64,000 nt of DNA from an uncultured Chloroflexia bacterium (GCA_963751345.1 CAVVUS010000012.1:1-64000); one strand, 5' to 3'; shown: positions 10,515 through 23,276, counted from the first letter of the stretch. The notes: a model not told the origin generated them from the letters alone. Numbers and translations are program-made.

Positions 10515-10549
10515 CCGTCCTCCCATTGGGCAAACTTTCGCTACACACA

Positions 10550-11224
10550 TCAGTTACCGGGGCGCGCTGGTTGCGGCCCAACTGTTCCGGCAGGAGATTC
10601 GCCAAGCCGGACCTGAAAGACGGCCAGGCCGGCCCGTAGATTGGCCCTCCACGCGCCGATCTGCCGCGCGGGGGGGGCGAGGAAGATCTCCCGCACACGC
10701 TCCAGTCCGAGCTTCTGACAGAGCAGTCTGAAGTCCCGTACGGAGCACAGGTGAACGTTAGGCGTATCGTACCACTCGTAGGGCAAAAGTGGGGTCTTGG
10801 GCATACGTCCGTTGACGAGTAACTGCAGTCGCACACGCCAGTACGCGAAGTTGGGAAAGCTGATGATCGCCGCCTTCCCCACGCGCAGCATCTCCTGGAT
10901 CACGCGCACGGGATCGGACGTCTGTTGAAGCGTCTGGCTCAGGATCACGACGTCAAAAGCGTGTGCATCGTAATTACCCATACCCTCCAGCATGTCACCG
11001 TGGTACACCGCTACGCCGAGGCGGATACAGGCCAACACGGCCTCGTCGTCGATCTCGATCCCGCGCCCCACACAGTTCTTGTCCTCTGCCAGCTTGGCCA
11101 GCAGTTGGCCATTGCCACATCCCAAGTCCAACACGCGCGCCTCGTCGGGAACCAGGGATGCGATCAAATCGTGATCCGGGCGGCGCTGGTAGGGCTGCGC
11201 CCCTATTTTCGACGATCCGCTCAC
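10550..11224 (-). CDS. metW: Methionine biosynthesis protein MetW
   Basis: [48 protein letters not shown]; GTG start overlaps the metX stop. Confidence 0.92.
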   Translation of the reverse strand: MSGSSKIGAQPYQRRPDHDLIASLVPDEARVLDLGCGNGQLLAKLAEDKNCVGRGIEIDDEAVLACIRLGVAVYHGDMLEGMGNYDAHAFDVVILSQTLQQTSDPVRVIQEMLRVGKAAIISFPNFAYWRVRLQLLVNGRMPKTPLLPYEWYDTPNVHLCSVRDFRLLCQKLGLERVREIFLAPPARQIGAWRANLRAGLAVFQVRLGESPAGTVGPQPARPGN

Positions 11225-12409
11225 AACTCGCCCTCCCGCACCTTGCGGTGCACGTTGGCCAGGAAGCTCCGTACCGTCGTCCACAACTGGTCATTGGGCA
11301 GCAGAAACGCGTCGTGGCCGTAGGGATTCTGTATCTCCAGGAACGTGGTCGGCACGCCGTTCGCCTGCAACGCCTTGACCATCTCTTTCGACGCCAGGGT
11401 AGGGAAGAGCCAGTCACTGCTGAAGGAAACGACGAGGAACTCGGATCGCACATCCTTGAACGCCTCAACCAGAGACCGATGACCGTTGGCCAGATCGAAG
11501 TAATCGATGGCTTTGGTGATATACAGGTAGGAATTCGCATCGAACCGCCGGACGAAAGCGTCGCCCTGGTACTTGAGATAGCTCTCGACCTGGAACTCGG
11601 TCTCGAAGTCGTAGCCGAAGGACTCCCGCGTCTGCAGGCGGCGCCCGAACTTGGAACGCATCTGCTCATCAGAGAGATAGGTGATGTGGCCAACCATCCG
11701 GGCGATGGCAAGCCCGGCCGAGGGCTGCGCCTGATCGTAGTAATCACCGTGCCGCCATTCGGGATCGGCCATAATCGCTTGCCGTCCGACCTCGTCGAAG
11801 GCAATTCCTTGGGCGTTGAGACGGGCAGACGTGGCGATGGCCAGCACCGATGCCGTGGCATCGGGATACCGTACCGCCCAGTCGAGCGCCAGCATGCCGC
11901 CCATGCCGCCCCCAGCGACGGCGAGCAGCCGCCGGATGCCGAGATGCTCCACGAGCCGCTTCTGTGCGCGGACCATGTCGGCGATGGTGACCACGGGAAA
12001 GCTCAGGCCGTAGGGCTCGCCGGTCCCCGGATCGATGCTTGCCGGCCCGGTACTGCCCTTGCAGCCGCCAATGACATTGGCGCAGACGATGAAGTAGCGG
12101 TCGGTGTCGTAAGGCTTGCCCGGCCCCACCATCGCGTCCCACCACCCCGGCTTGCGGTCGTCCGCTGTATGATAGCCGGCAAGGTGGGCATCCCCGGAGA
12201 GCGCGTGAAAGATCAGGATCGCGTTATCGCGCGGGCGCATTCAACGTGCCGTACGTCTCATAGGCCTGGGTGACCGGGCTCAGCGCTCGGCCGCAATCCA
12301 GCGGCAGCGGATCGTCAAAGGTCCACGTCTGGGTCTCGACGAGGCCCACACTACCGGAGCCGCCCAGCTTCGAGTCGTCCCTGATCTCGATAACGTTATC
12401 GATAGACAC
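11221..12409 (-). CDS. metX: Homoserine O-acyltransferase MetX (frame break near 12240; nucleophile motif reads GGGMGG)
   Basis: AYETYGTLN, HALSGDAH, GWWD..VGPGK, NVIGGCKGSTGP, RRFDANSY, SDWLFP, GHDAFL. Confidence 0.92.
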
Positions 12410-12419
12410 GGCTAGCCTC

Positions 12420-13754
<1,335 letters not shown>

Positions 13755-13766
13755 TCAGCATCCGGG

Positions 13767-14856
13767 TCAGTGGGATGCTGCCGGACCCCCACCGAGATCC
13801 ATCACAAAAGTGTAAATGTAGGAGACCAGTCCATCGATCTGTTCGTCCGTGAAGATCTGGCCATATGAGGGCATGCCGGTGCCCATCCCCCCGCGTAACA
13901 TCTTGCCCTCAAGCCTCGCCGGGCTGGTCCCCAACATACGACGCGGATCCGTAAAATCGGGCGGCTGCATCGCTGTCTGCCCCCCCTCCAGCGTTTCAGC
14001 ATCATACGGCGGCAGGCCCTGCACCATCACTCCATCGCCCTGCCCTGTCTCGCCGTGGGCTGCAGCGGCTTCTTGACGGTAGATGCGCCCTGCTTCATCC
14101 AGTGAAGCCGGTGTCGTCTGCCGCGCCCAGATCCACGCCACCGCGTCCCAAACATCCATATCGCTCAGGGTGTGCAGCGCCGGCTCGCCGCGAAGCTGCG
14201 TCCAGAGCTCCGCCGGACTGTGGCTCCAGTAAGTGGCATCCTCTAGCGCGTAGCCGGGCAATAAGGATGCCCACTGCCCACCGCGTTGCGCCACCGGCGT
14301 TGTCTCGGGCACCACCGCGGCCTCCACCGGCGCATCCGGATCGATTCCCAGTTGGACGTATCGAGGCGTCCCTGTCGTCTGGGAGACTCCCTCGCCCGTC
14401 GGAGTGAACGAGGAGCTCCCCGTGACCTCGATCGTGCCCCGCATCCGCCAGTGATTGGGTCCGCACCAGCGGGTGCAGTAGAAAGTATACGTGCCGGGCT
14501 CATCGAAGACCAGGGACGTCGTGGTCCACTTCCCCGGCAAGACATCGACTGCCGGGCTGTCGTGACGCCCTACGGCAAACCCGTGCGTCACATCGTCTGA
14601 GGTCAACCGGAGCTGCAGCGGCACCCCTACCTGCGCCTCCAGGACATCGGGCGTCCATCCTCCCTCATCGGCCATCCGCCCGTGGAGTTCCACGGCGGCC
14701 CCCGCACGCCCGAGCCAACGACCGCCAATCGGGATGGCGACGGCAGCCGAGTACCAGAACAGTCACCACAACGCGTGCCAGACGTTCCAGCTTTGGAGTC
14801 GAGGCCGGCAGGCCAGGATGCCTCCGATCAACGCCGGCGTTCAAATCAGCAGCCAT
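13767..14856 (-). CDS. Membrane-anchored CuA cupredoxin fused to cytochrome-c-fold domain(s) lacking CXXCH (frame break near 14745)
   Basis: VTHGF...YCTRWCGPNHWRM CuA motif; C-terminal GRIYRQEAAAAHGETGQGDG..PPDFTD..GGMGTGMPSYG..QIDGLVSYI class I cyt c pattern. Confidence 0.8.
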
Positions 14857-16212
14857 AGCATGCCAGCCGTGACGAGCGAGCCATAGGCCAGTACCGGCAA
14901 GGATTGGCGGGGAGAGACGGCACGCCGCACCTCCACCGCCGCCCAGAACAAGCCAACTACGAGAATAGCTACCTGAAGCAGGGGTACCACGGACATCAAG
15001 ATACGGCTGCCACGCCCACCCGGCGGTGCCCAGGAGATTCCAGCCTAGACCCAGGGGGTCGGAGAGGACGGGCCATACGTAGGCCAGACTGTCAAAGGCG
15101 AAGCTCATCGTGAAGGCGATCCAGGCCGCCAGCCCCAGCGGGCTCATGGCGTGAGCCAGGTCGATAGCGCTCCGCCTCGGCGAGCCGGGCCGCCCTGCCA
15201 TACGCCATCCCGTCCGTGCGGCCAACCAGAATAGCCCCGGGCCGATTCCCAGCGTCAGGGCAAGGAACGCGAGGGCGTAGAGCCCCCAGATCGACGTGCC
15301 GATCGCGTAAGCCGCCTCGGTCAGGTGGCCCCAGGGTCCGAGCATCACGGCGGCATAGACAGGGGCACACGCTAATATGAAGAGTCCGAACCAGGCGCGA
15401 TCCAGGCGCCGCGCAGGTCTCGTTGCCCACGACGTGATCCCGGCGGGATCCGCAGCGCCCGCGGCTACCTCGGACCCCATCGGGCGCACCCAGAGCGCCA
15501 TATTGTCATAGGGGCAAGTCTGTACGCAGGCCAAGCACAACCCACAGTCAAAGCTCTCCTTGAGAACCGCCGGGAAAAGACCCCACGAGCAGGCACTGTG
15601 ACAGGGCTTATCGCTGCACCCGGTGCAGACACCGGGGTTGCGGACCCGAACGGCCAGCGGGGCAAGCTGCTGGTACCATCCAACGTATCCACCAATGGGG
15701 CATAGATAGCGGCAGAAGGCACGCCGCTCGAAGACGAGAGCGAGGCCGGTGGCCGCCAGGAGCAGGCCGAGCAAGATCCACCCCGTGGCGCCGGGGCGAG
15801 TGAGCAGCACCACGCTGAAGAGCCCCATCGCCGCGAACCCGCCCAGTTGCAGCCATTGACCTCGTAACCGGCGGGGCCATCTCGCTTTGAGGCCTACGCC
15901 CTTGCCGGGGCGCGTGATGCCGCCCTGCTGCAGCCACTCCCCCACGACTGGGATGGGGCATATGCTGCACCACGTCCGTCCTCCAATGGGGATGAGGACC
16001 AGCTTCAGCACCGTCCACCAGGCAATCCATACGAAGATGATGGCAAAGTTGCGCCCGCCGACCGGCGTCCCCAGCAGCCCTGCGAGAATCGTGAAGACAA
16101 GGCCGGCCAACGTGATCGCTTGGCCCAGGAAACGTGGCCACCGGCGCCTCAACAATGGGCCCAGCCGGCGGACCCGGGTGAGATCGAAGCCGCGCTCCGG
16201 AAGCGACGTCAT
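14841..16212 (-). CDS. Polytopic 4Fe-4S binding protein (NapH/NosR/FixG-like polyferredoxin; frame break near 15000)
   Basis: GRTWCSICP and RAFCRYLCP motifs; CTGC..CHSAC; CGLCLACVQTCP; many TM helices. Confidence 0.88.
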
Positions 16213-16679
16213 GCTTGCATTACCCTACCCGAGCGCTCAGAAGACACGCCAAAGACGGACGCCCATACTACCGCCGCCAATGCCAGCCCTGTTGCCCGCA
16301 CCCACAGCCGGTTTGGACCCACCCGCAGCCTTCCGATCATGAAGGGGTGAATGTCGCCACAGGGCACGGAGCAACGAAATCGGAAAGATCCGGGACGGTC
16401 GGCCACGAAGGAAAGCGTCGCCACCTGCCCGGGATTCGCGGTCACAGAGATGTCGTACCCGTCGAGATAGAGCCCATGGACGACGTCGGTCGATCTCACC
16501 TCCAGCGTTACCCTGTCGCCCGGATTCACGGTGACGGTGCCCGGCGTGAAGCTGAACCGGGATGCCGAAATCGACACGACCCGGTCTTCGGGGTCAATCT
16601 GCTTGCCTGGTATGGGCACGCAGATGATCACGAAAACGGCCGCCAACAACACGAGCCATTGCCGGGGAACCTTAGGCAT
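16209..16679 (-). CDS. Stand-alone CuA-type cupredoxin (COX2-like domain) with two TM anchors
   Basis: DVVHGL...FRCSVPCGDIHPFMIG matches H..C-x3-C-x3-H-x2-M. Confidence 0.88.
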   Translation of the reverse strand: MPKVPRQWLVLLAAVFVIICVPIPGKQIDPEDRVVSISASRFSFTPGTVTVNPGDRVTLEVRSTDVVHGLYLDGYDISVTANPGQVATLSFVADRPGSFRFRCSVPCGDIHPFMIGRLRVGPNRLWVRATGLALAAVVWASVFGVSSERSGRVMQA

Positions 16680-16687
16680 AGACCACG

Positions 16688-17134
16688 TCAGGGTGTCGGT
16701 GGGCCGAAACGACTGTACTGCTGATCTACGTAAGCCCGGATCTCTGTGACCGACTTACCCTGCCCGGACATACGCATCGTATCGTGCGTGATGTCCACGC
16801 AGAGAGTGCAGCCCAGCGCATGGCTGTCGAAATGAACGGTGCCGTCTGCATCCGTGCCCTGCACATAGCAGCTATAGTTGGACGTGTGGCCCATAGCCCC
16901 ACAACCACAGTAGCAGGGGACCTGCTGCATCACGTCGGGATTGGCAACCGCGAACTGGTAAGCCTCGCGCACCACCACAGAAGCCTGCTGCACTTGCTGC
17001 GGCATGTCGGCAATCGGTGCGAGTTGAAGGGCGGCATTCGCGCCCGCCGCGCCACTCGCGCCACAGCTTGCCACGACTGCAGCCACCACAAGCATGCCCA
17101 CGACCATCCCCACCATCTTCAGGTGTTGCGTCAA
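16688..17134 (-). CDS. PCYCGC motif-containing lipoprotein
   Basis: Lipobox VASC; VPCYCGCGAMGHTSNYSCY; HALGCTLCVD; GAGGAGG SD before the TTG start. Confidence 0.92.
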   Translation of the reverse strand: MTQHLKMVGMVVGMLVVAAVVASCGASGAAGANAALQLAPIADMPQQVQQASVVVREAYQFAVANPDVMQQVPCYCGCGAMGHTSNYSCYVQGTDADGTVHFDSHALGCTLCVDITHDTMRMSGQGKSVTEIRAYVDQQYSRFGPPTP

Positions 17135-17383
17135 CGTTGGCCTCCTCGAGAGCTATCAAAGGTTGCGTGTCCCGCTTCTGCCCAGGGCAGCATCAGAGGA
17201 CGAGGTCACGCTTCGAACAAGTCTAGCAGAAGCCGTCGTGGCATTTGAGGGCCAAATGACGAGAGCGGGATCCCGCCAAATGGCGGTGCCTGCAGCCGGC
17301 CAAAAGCGCCTGTTGATGGGATTGTGTGTTGGTTATCCTGATCACAATAGTCCGATCTATCGCGTCCGTGGTCGCGCTTACTC

Positions 17384-17406
17384 ATATCTAAGATATTAAC
17401 TATAAT
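17384..17406 (+). promoter_or_regulatory. -10 box (TATAAT) of copB with an upstream palindrome
   Basis: ATATCT-A-AGATAT at 17384-17396; TATAAT at 17401-17406. Confidence 0.55.
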
Positions 17407-17451
17407 AACGATGGATGCCTTGCTACTGAGCAGCAGAAGGAGGGAACCACG

Positions 17452-19560
17452 ATGAGTAACGATTCGCAAAGTACGGCCCATCACGCCGCGCACGATCGAG
17501 ACAAGCATGCCATGCACCAGGCGGTCATGACGCACACAGACCACGACGGTCACGAGAACCATAGGGACGGTAGCAATCACGGGGGCCACGTCGACCACAC
17601 CGGCCACGAGCAGATGTTCCGGCGCCGGTTCTGGATCAACCTGATCCTGACCCTCCCTGTGCTGGTCTTCAGCCCGTTTATCCAGCAGATATTGGGTTTT
17701 AGCATCCCGCCATTCCCCGGCAGCCGCTGGATCGGTCCGGTCTTCTCCTTCATCGTCTTCTTCTACGGCGGGTTGCCCTTCATCAAGATGGCCATCCCCG
17801 AGGTGCAGCACCGGCTGCCTGGGATGATGACGTTGATCTCGCTGGCTATCGTTGTGTCATTCGCTTACAGCGTCTTCGCCGTCTTCACTGATCCCGCAAG
17901 CGGCTTCTTCTGGGAGATGGCTACGCTGATCGACATCATGCTGCTGGGTCACTGGATTGAGATGCGCAGTGTCAGGCAAGCCTCGGGCGCGCTTCAGGAG
18001 TTGGCCAACCTGATGCCGGATACCGCTGAGCGCATCCTGGACAACGGCGAGACCGAGGAAGTGCCGGTGAGCTGCTCTGAAGGAAGGGGACCTCGTCCTC
18101 GTGCGTCCGGGCGCAAGCGTTCCGGCTGATGGGGAGGTCACTGAAGGGAAATCCGGCGTCAACCAGGCCATGATTACGGGCGAGTCCAAGCCGGTAACCA
18201 AAGAGCCCGGCGATAAGGTGATCGGCGGGGTCATCAACGGCGAGGGCAGCCTGCGCCTGCGGGTGACCGCGACAGGCGAAGACACCGCGTTGGCAGGCAT
18301 TATGCGGCTCGTCGACGAGGCGCAGAAAAGCAAGTCCGATACCCAGATCCTGGCGGACCGGGCGGCCGGGTGGCTCTTCTATGTGGCGCTGGGCGTGGCT
18401 GCACTCACGGCTATCGGATGGATCATCGTCCAGGGACTGCAACTTAGCGTGCTGGATCGCGTGGTCACGGTACTGGTCATCGCCTGTCCGCACGCGTTGG
18501 GTCTGGCGGTGCCGCTCGTCGTCGCCATCAGCACCTCACTGGGTGCGCGCAACGGCATCCTGGTACGCGATCGTTTGGCGCTCGAAGAAGCCCGCGAACT
18601 TGACACCGTGATCTTTGACAAGACCGGCACGTTGACGGAAGGCAAGTTCGGTGTGGTCGACATGGCCGTGTCCGGCGACTGGGATGAAGCGCGGGCGCTG
18701 GGACTCGCCGCAGCGGTCGAAGGGGACTCGGAGCACCTGCTGGCACAGGCCATCCGGGGGAAGGCCAGTGAACGCGGGTTGAGCCTGCCGGAGGTCCGCG
18801 ACTTCGAGGCCATCAAGGGTCGCGGTATTCGGGCCCAGGCTGAGGGCAGGACGATCTACGTCGGTGGCCCACAGCTGCTGGAGATGCTGAAGACAGAGCC
18901 GCCAGAGGTGTTGCGGACCTTCGCGACCGAGGCCGGTGTCAAGGCCCAGTCGTCGTCTATCTTGTGGATGAAACGGACGTCGTGGCCGCGTTTGCGCTGG
19001 CCGATGTCATTCGTCCGGAAAGCCGCGAGGCTGTCAGACGGCTGAGGGAATACGGTGTTGAGGTCGCGATGCTGACGGGTGACAGCGAGGAAGTGGCCCG
19101 GGCCGTAGCGAAGGAGCTTGGCATCGAGACCTATTTCGCCGAAGTGTTGCCCGAGAACAAGGACCAGAAAGTTGCACAGTTACAGGCACAGGGGAAACGG
19201 GTGGCGATGGTCGGTGACGGCATCAACGACGCCCCCGCGCTGACGCGCGCGGACGTCGGGATCGCCATCGGCAGCGGGACGGATGTCGCCATTGAATCGG
19301 CGGGCATCATCCTCGTCGAGAGCAATCCGATGGATATCGTGCGGATCTTCGAGCTGAGCAAGGCGACTTACAGAAAGATGATCCAGAATCTCATCTGGGC
19401 GACCGGGTACAACGTGATTGCGCTGCCGCTGGCAGCGGGGGTATTGGCGCCGGTTGGCATCTTGCTCTCGCCGGCAGTTGGCGCACTCCTGATGGCGCTC
19501 AGCACGGTGATTGTTGCGATCAACGCACAGTTGCTCCGGCGCGTGGATCTTTCACGGTAG
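17452..19560 (+). CDS. copB: Copper-translocating P1B-3 type ATPase (frame breaks near 18075 and 18950)
   Basis: His-rich N-terminus, [12 protein letters not shown] (CPH), [24 protein letters not shown]. Confidence 0.93.
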
Positions 19561-19575
19561 AGGAGAGGACAAGGA

Positions 19576-19606
19576 ATGGGCACACCCAGACAACGGGTGT
19601 GCCCAT
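19576..19606. terminator. Hairpin between the convergent copB and SHOCT genes
   Basis: ATGGGCACACCC-N7-GGGTGTGCCCAT, 12-bp perfect stem. Confidence 0.7.
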
Positions 19607-19643
19607 ACGCATGTCGGATGTGCGGGGCTAAGCCGCTATGATA

Positions 19644-19958
19644 TCACGGCTCGCGAAGTTCCTCTCGGATCTGATGATACTCGTCTCGCGTGATCTCGCC
19701 CGCAGCCAGGCGACGCTTCGCCAAATCGAGCGGTGAGCCGGACAGATCAGGCCCGCCCGCGGTCACGCCACTGGTGGTGCGAGTCCGCCGAATGAGCCAG
19801 ATGGTCCCCAGAACAAACAGGGCAAGGAGCCCCAGGAAGAAAAGCAACCCCAAGAGTGGCCCGACGATACCCAACATATCCCCGCCACCCCTAAGACCTC
19901 CCATATCGCCCATGCCGTCTTCGCCAAATCGATCGCAGAATCCACCCCAACCCATCAT
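19644..19958 (-). CDS. SHOCT domain membrane protein (Gly/Met-rich N-terminus)
   Basis: One TM helix, then PLDLAKRRLAAGEITRDEY. Confidence 0.9.
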   Translation of the reverse strand: MMGWGGFCDRFGEDGMGDMGGLRGGGDMLGIVGPLLGLLFFLGLLALFVLGTIWLIRRTRTTSGVTAGGPDLSGSPLDLAKRRLAAGEITRDEYHQIREELREP

Positions 19959-20278
19959 ATCAAGCCTCCATCGCTATTGTCAGATAGAATCACGGTATGT
20001 ATTCACCGAACATACCTCCGATTATCACAAGCAACTCTCTGATTCTTCATGTCTAGGCCCTAGTATATCGCCGGGAAGCCGAACGGACAGGTGACAAATG
20101 ACGTGTCGGGGCCCCCGCCGTTTGGCGGGGGTTCAACCTCATACCCATCGCCATTACGGATCGAACCTCGGAGAAAGAGGCACCTTGCGCCGCAGATGGC
20201 GGTCCACCTCGCATCCGCTACAGTACAATGGAAGCGTCACAGGTACTTACGCTATCGACGCAAAGGAGATTCGGAGCT

Positions 20279-21557
20279 ATGTACACACCCAAACCGACCG
20301 CCGGTGATACGTCGTGGTTCGTCCACGACCGTTTCGGGATGTTCATCCACTGGGGGCTCTACGCCATCGCGGCCCGCCACGAGTGGGTGCAGATCGCGCG
20401 AGCAGATCTCCCCCGAGGAATACCGGAAGTACTTCGAGCGCTTCAACCCCGGACTACGATCCCGCCGAGTGGGCCGCGGCCGCGGCTGCGGCGGGGATGA
20501 AGTACGTCGTGCTCACCTCCAAGCACCACGAGGGCTTCTGCCTGTGGGACAGCGCCTACACCGACTACAAGGTGACCAACACGCCCTACGGCAAGGACCT
20601 GCTGCATCCCTACGTGGACGCCTTCCGCGCTGCGGGGCTGCGGGTGGGCTTCTACTACTCGCTCATCGACTGGCACCATCCCGAGTTCCCCATCGACGGC
20701 ATCCACCCGCTGCGCAACCACCCGGACGCGCGGAGATCAACAAGAGTCGCGACGTCACGAAGTACGCCGAGTACCTGCACAACCAGGTCGCGCGAGCTGC
20801 TGACCGACTTCGGCGAGATCTCCTCCTGTGGTGCGACTTCTCTTACCCCGGCGCGACTACCGGGGCTGCCGGGCAAGGGCCACGAGGACTGGCAGAGCGA
20901 GAAGCTGCTCGAGATGATCCGCGAACTCCAGCCGGGCATCATCCTCAACAACCGGCTGGACCTGCCGTCGTGGCCGACATCCACACGCCGGAGCAGTGTC
21001 AGCCGCCCGAGTGGGTCAAGGTCGACGGCGAGCCGGTGGTCTGGGAGGCGTGCCAGACCTTCAGCGGCTGTTGGGGATATTACCGGGACGAGAAGACCTG
21101 GAAATCGCCGGGCCAGTTGATTGCGCATGCTGGTCGACACTGTGGCGCGAGGCGGCAACCTGCTGATGAACGTCGGCCCGACGCCGCGCGGCACCTTCGA
21201 CGAACGCGCGATCGACGCCCTGGAGGTCTACGCGGACTGGATGGCACTCCATAGCGAGGCGATCTACGGCTGCACGCAAAGCGAGTTCGAGGAGCCCCAG
21301 GACTGCCGCCTGACGCAGAAGGGCAACAAGCTCTACGTCCATATCTTCGCCTGGCCCTTCAAGCACCTCCACCTCAAGGGGCTGGGGACAAGGTCGCCTT
21401 CGCCCGTTTCCTTCACGACGGCAGTGAGATCCCCCTGCGCCAGCGGGACTGGACCTCGAGTCGCCTGCCGGCCGGGGCAGACACCCTGGTGCTCGAGCTG
21501 CCGGTCATCGCGCCCGACGTCATAGTCCCGGTGATCGAACTGGAGCTGAAGGACTAG
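20279..21557 (+). CDS. Alpha-L-fucosidase, GH29 (many frame breaks)
   Basis: [66 protein letters not shown] across successive frames. Confidence 0.9.
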
Positions 21558-21802
21558 CCCGCTTTCGGATCACTCAACACATGCCCTGGCGGCGGCGTCA
21601 GGACATGTCGTCTGCGGCGCCAACTTTCCGGTAACAGGACACCCGGCAAGTGCATCATAGCAGCAATTCCGAATATGGCTTCGTCGCAGGGACGAGACCT
21701 TCGCTTCGGCCGTACTATGCAGCATTTGCCCCCGATTTCCGGTTCATCGCCGTAGGTTGGGCTGGCTGGCCTTGGCAGGCTTCATATGAGAATGCTGGCA
21801 TC

Positions 21803-21837
21803 ATAGCCCGGACCCCCGCCCTGGTTCGGGCTATAAT
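21803..21837 (+). promoter_or_regulatory. Inverted repeat overlapping the TATAAT -10 of the DUF433 TA operon (putative autorepression operator)
   Basis: ATAGCCCGGACC..GGTTCGGGCTAT (11/12 match); TATAAT at 21832-21837. Confidence 0.55.
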
Positions 21838-21872
21838 AAAGCTGTAGGAAAGGTTGCCAGCGCTATGGAGGC

Positions 21873-22114
21873 ATGGCAATCCAGGGTATCGACCGCGTTA
21901 CATTCGATCCCCAGGTAAAGGGAGGCCGCGCGTGTATACGTGGCATGCGCATCACCGTTCCTAATTTCGAATCTGCTGCCAACGGGATGACGAGCAAAAC
22001 GGGACCTGGACGCGTATCCCTATCTGGAGCCTGATGGATATCCAGGCAGCGCTCACCTATGCGGCTTGGCTAGCCGATGAGTCGGAATACACGGTTGAGA
22101 GCTACCGGGCATAA
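21873..22114 (+). pseudogene. DUF433-family antitoxin (frame-broken)
   Basis: MAIQGIDRVTFDPQVKGGRACIRGMRITV...YPYLE..DIQAALTYAAWLA. Confidence 0.8.
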
Positions 22115-22482
22115 AGTTTCTGGGCGATATGGGTATCTCGCCACAGAGCATGCTTTCTTACACGATCAGCATATTCAGGCCGTCCATCTACACGGACTCG
22201 GCCTGGATCGGTTGCCGAGACGTAGAGATCGTGCAGAAGGCGCAAGAAGAAGGCTACGTCATCTGGACGCATGATCTGGATTTCGGTGAACTCCTCGTGT
22301 TGAGTGGGGACAACACCCTAGTGTCGATCATCTACGGGGTTGAAGAACATGCGACCTCATAACGTCAACCGAGGCATACTGCAGATCCTGGTTGAGGAGC
22401 ATCCGGTTGGCACTGGATGAAGGCGCTGTTGTCACCGTGGATGAAGCGCGAATACGGGTACAAAGAACTGCCATACTCATAA
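22111..22482 (+). pseudogene. DUF5615 PIN-like toxin; start codon reads ATA; frame-broken
   Basis: (I)KFLGDMGISP..QAVHL..GLDRLP..EIVQKA..IWTHDLDFGELL..LKNMRP..GAVVTVDEARIRV. Confidence 0.75.
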
Positions 22483-22618
22483 TACAATCCGTTCGAACTG
22501 CCCGTGGAAACGACCGGTAGTCGTTCCTTGAATGAAGCTCAAATTGAAAGCATAGCCATCTGCGCCGGGGCCCGGTGCAGATCGGGCAACCATGAGTCAC
22601 CGATAGGAGGGACGGACC

Positions 22619-23256
22619 ATGACACTCGACCAATGGACGCAATACTCGGCAATCCACAATGCCTTCCGGCACGACATCGCAAGGTCGACATCGCAGCTTC
22701 GACACCGCCAAAGGCCGACCCGGTCTTACCTCGGAGATCGAGCACTTCCGCTTCTTCGAACGAGATCCTGACGTGGCATGCGCAGGGCGAGGAGTTGGCC
22801 ATCTTCCCCATGCTCGAAACCGTCGGCCGACGTCGCCGAGAGCGCTATGTCCGGATCGGCATCGATACCTCGAGTCCGGCATGGCGGCCCTGGGAACCGT
22901 CCGTCGGCCCACGATGTTCTGGAAACAGCACGCGCTTCGGCAGCTTTCAAGTACCATCACGACATACATCTAGCAAAGGAGGATGCGCACCTGTATCGCC
23001 TGATTAGGGAGCGCGTCCCCATACCCCCGACCAGGCCAAGGCGGCCGGCCTGATGGCAAGCACCGTGCCTCAGGAGCGATTCCCGGAAGTCATCGCGTGG
23101 ATGTTCCCGCTGATGGCTGACGACGATCGTGAGAATATGGTTCGCATCTGGCAGATGGTGATGCCTGCCCCGGTCTTCGCGCAGGTCAAGGGACTCGTCG
23201 AAACGGCGGTCGGCGACGGCTGGGCGGAGCTGGTCCGACGCATCCCGACGCTGTAG
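22619..23256 (+). pseudogene. Hemerythrin/HHE domain protein (multiple frame breaks)
   Basis: AIHNAFRHDI, LTWHAQGEELAIFP, HLAKEDAHLY HxxxE motifs; AGGAGG SD. Confidence 0.7.
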
Positions 23257-23276
23257 CCTGCCCGAGGCAGCGAACG

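Noticed and set aside
17135-17451. SAM riboswitch ahead of the met/cys-containing run
   Set aside because: No SAM-I core (ATC.AGAG..GGC.C..GCAACC..GGTGC) recognisable on the minus strand.
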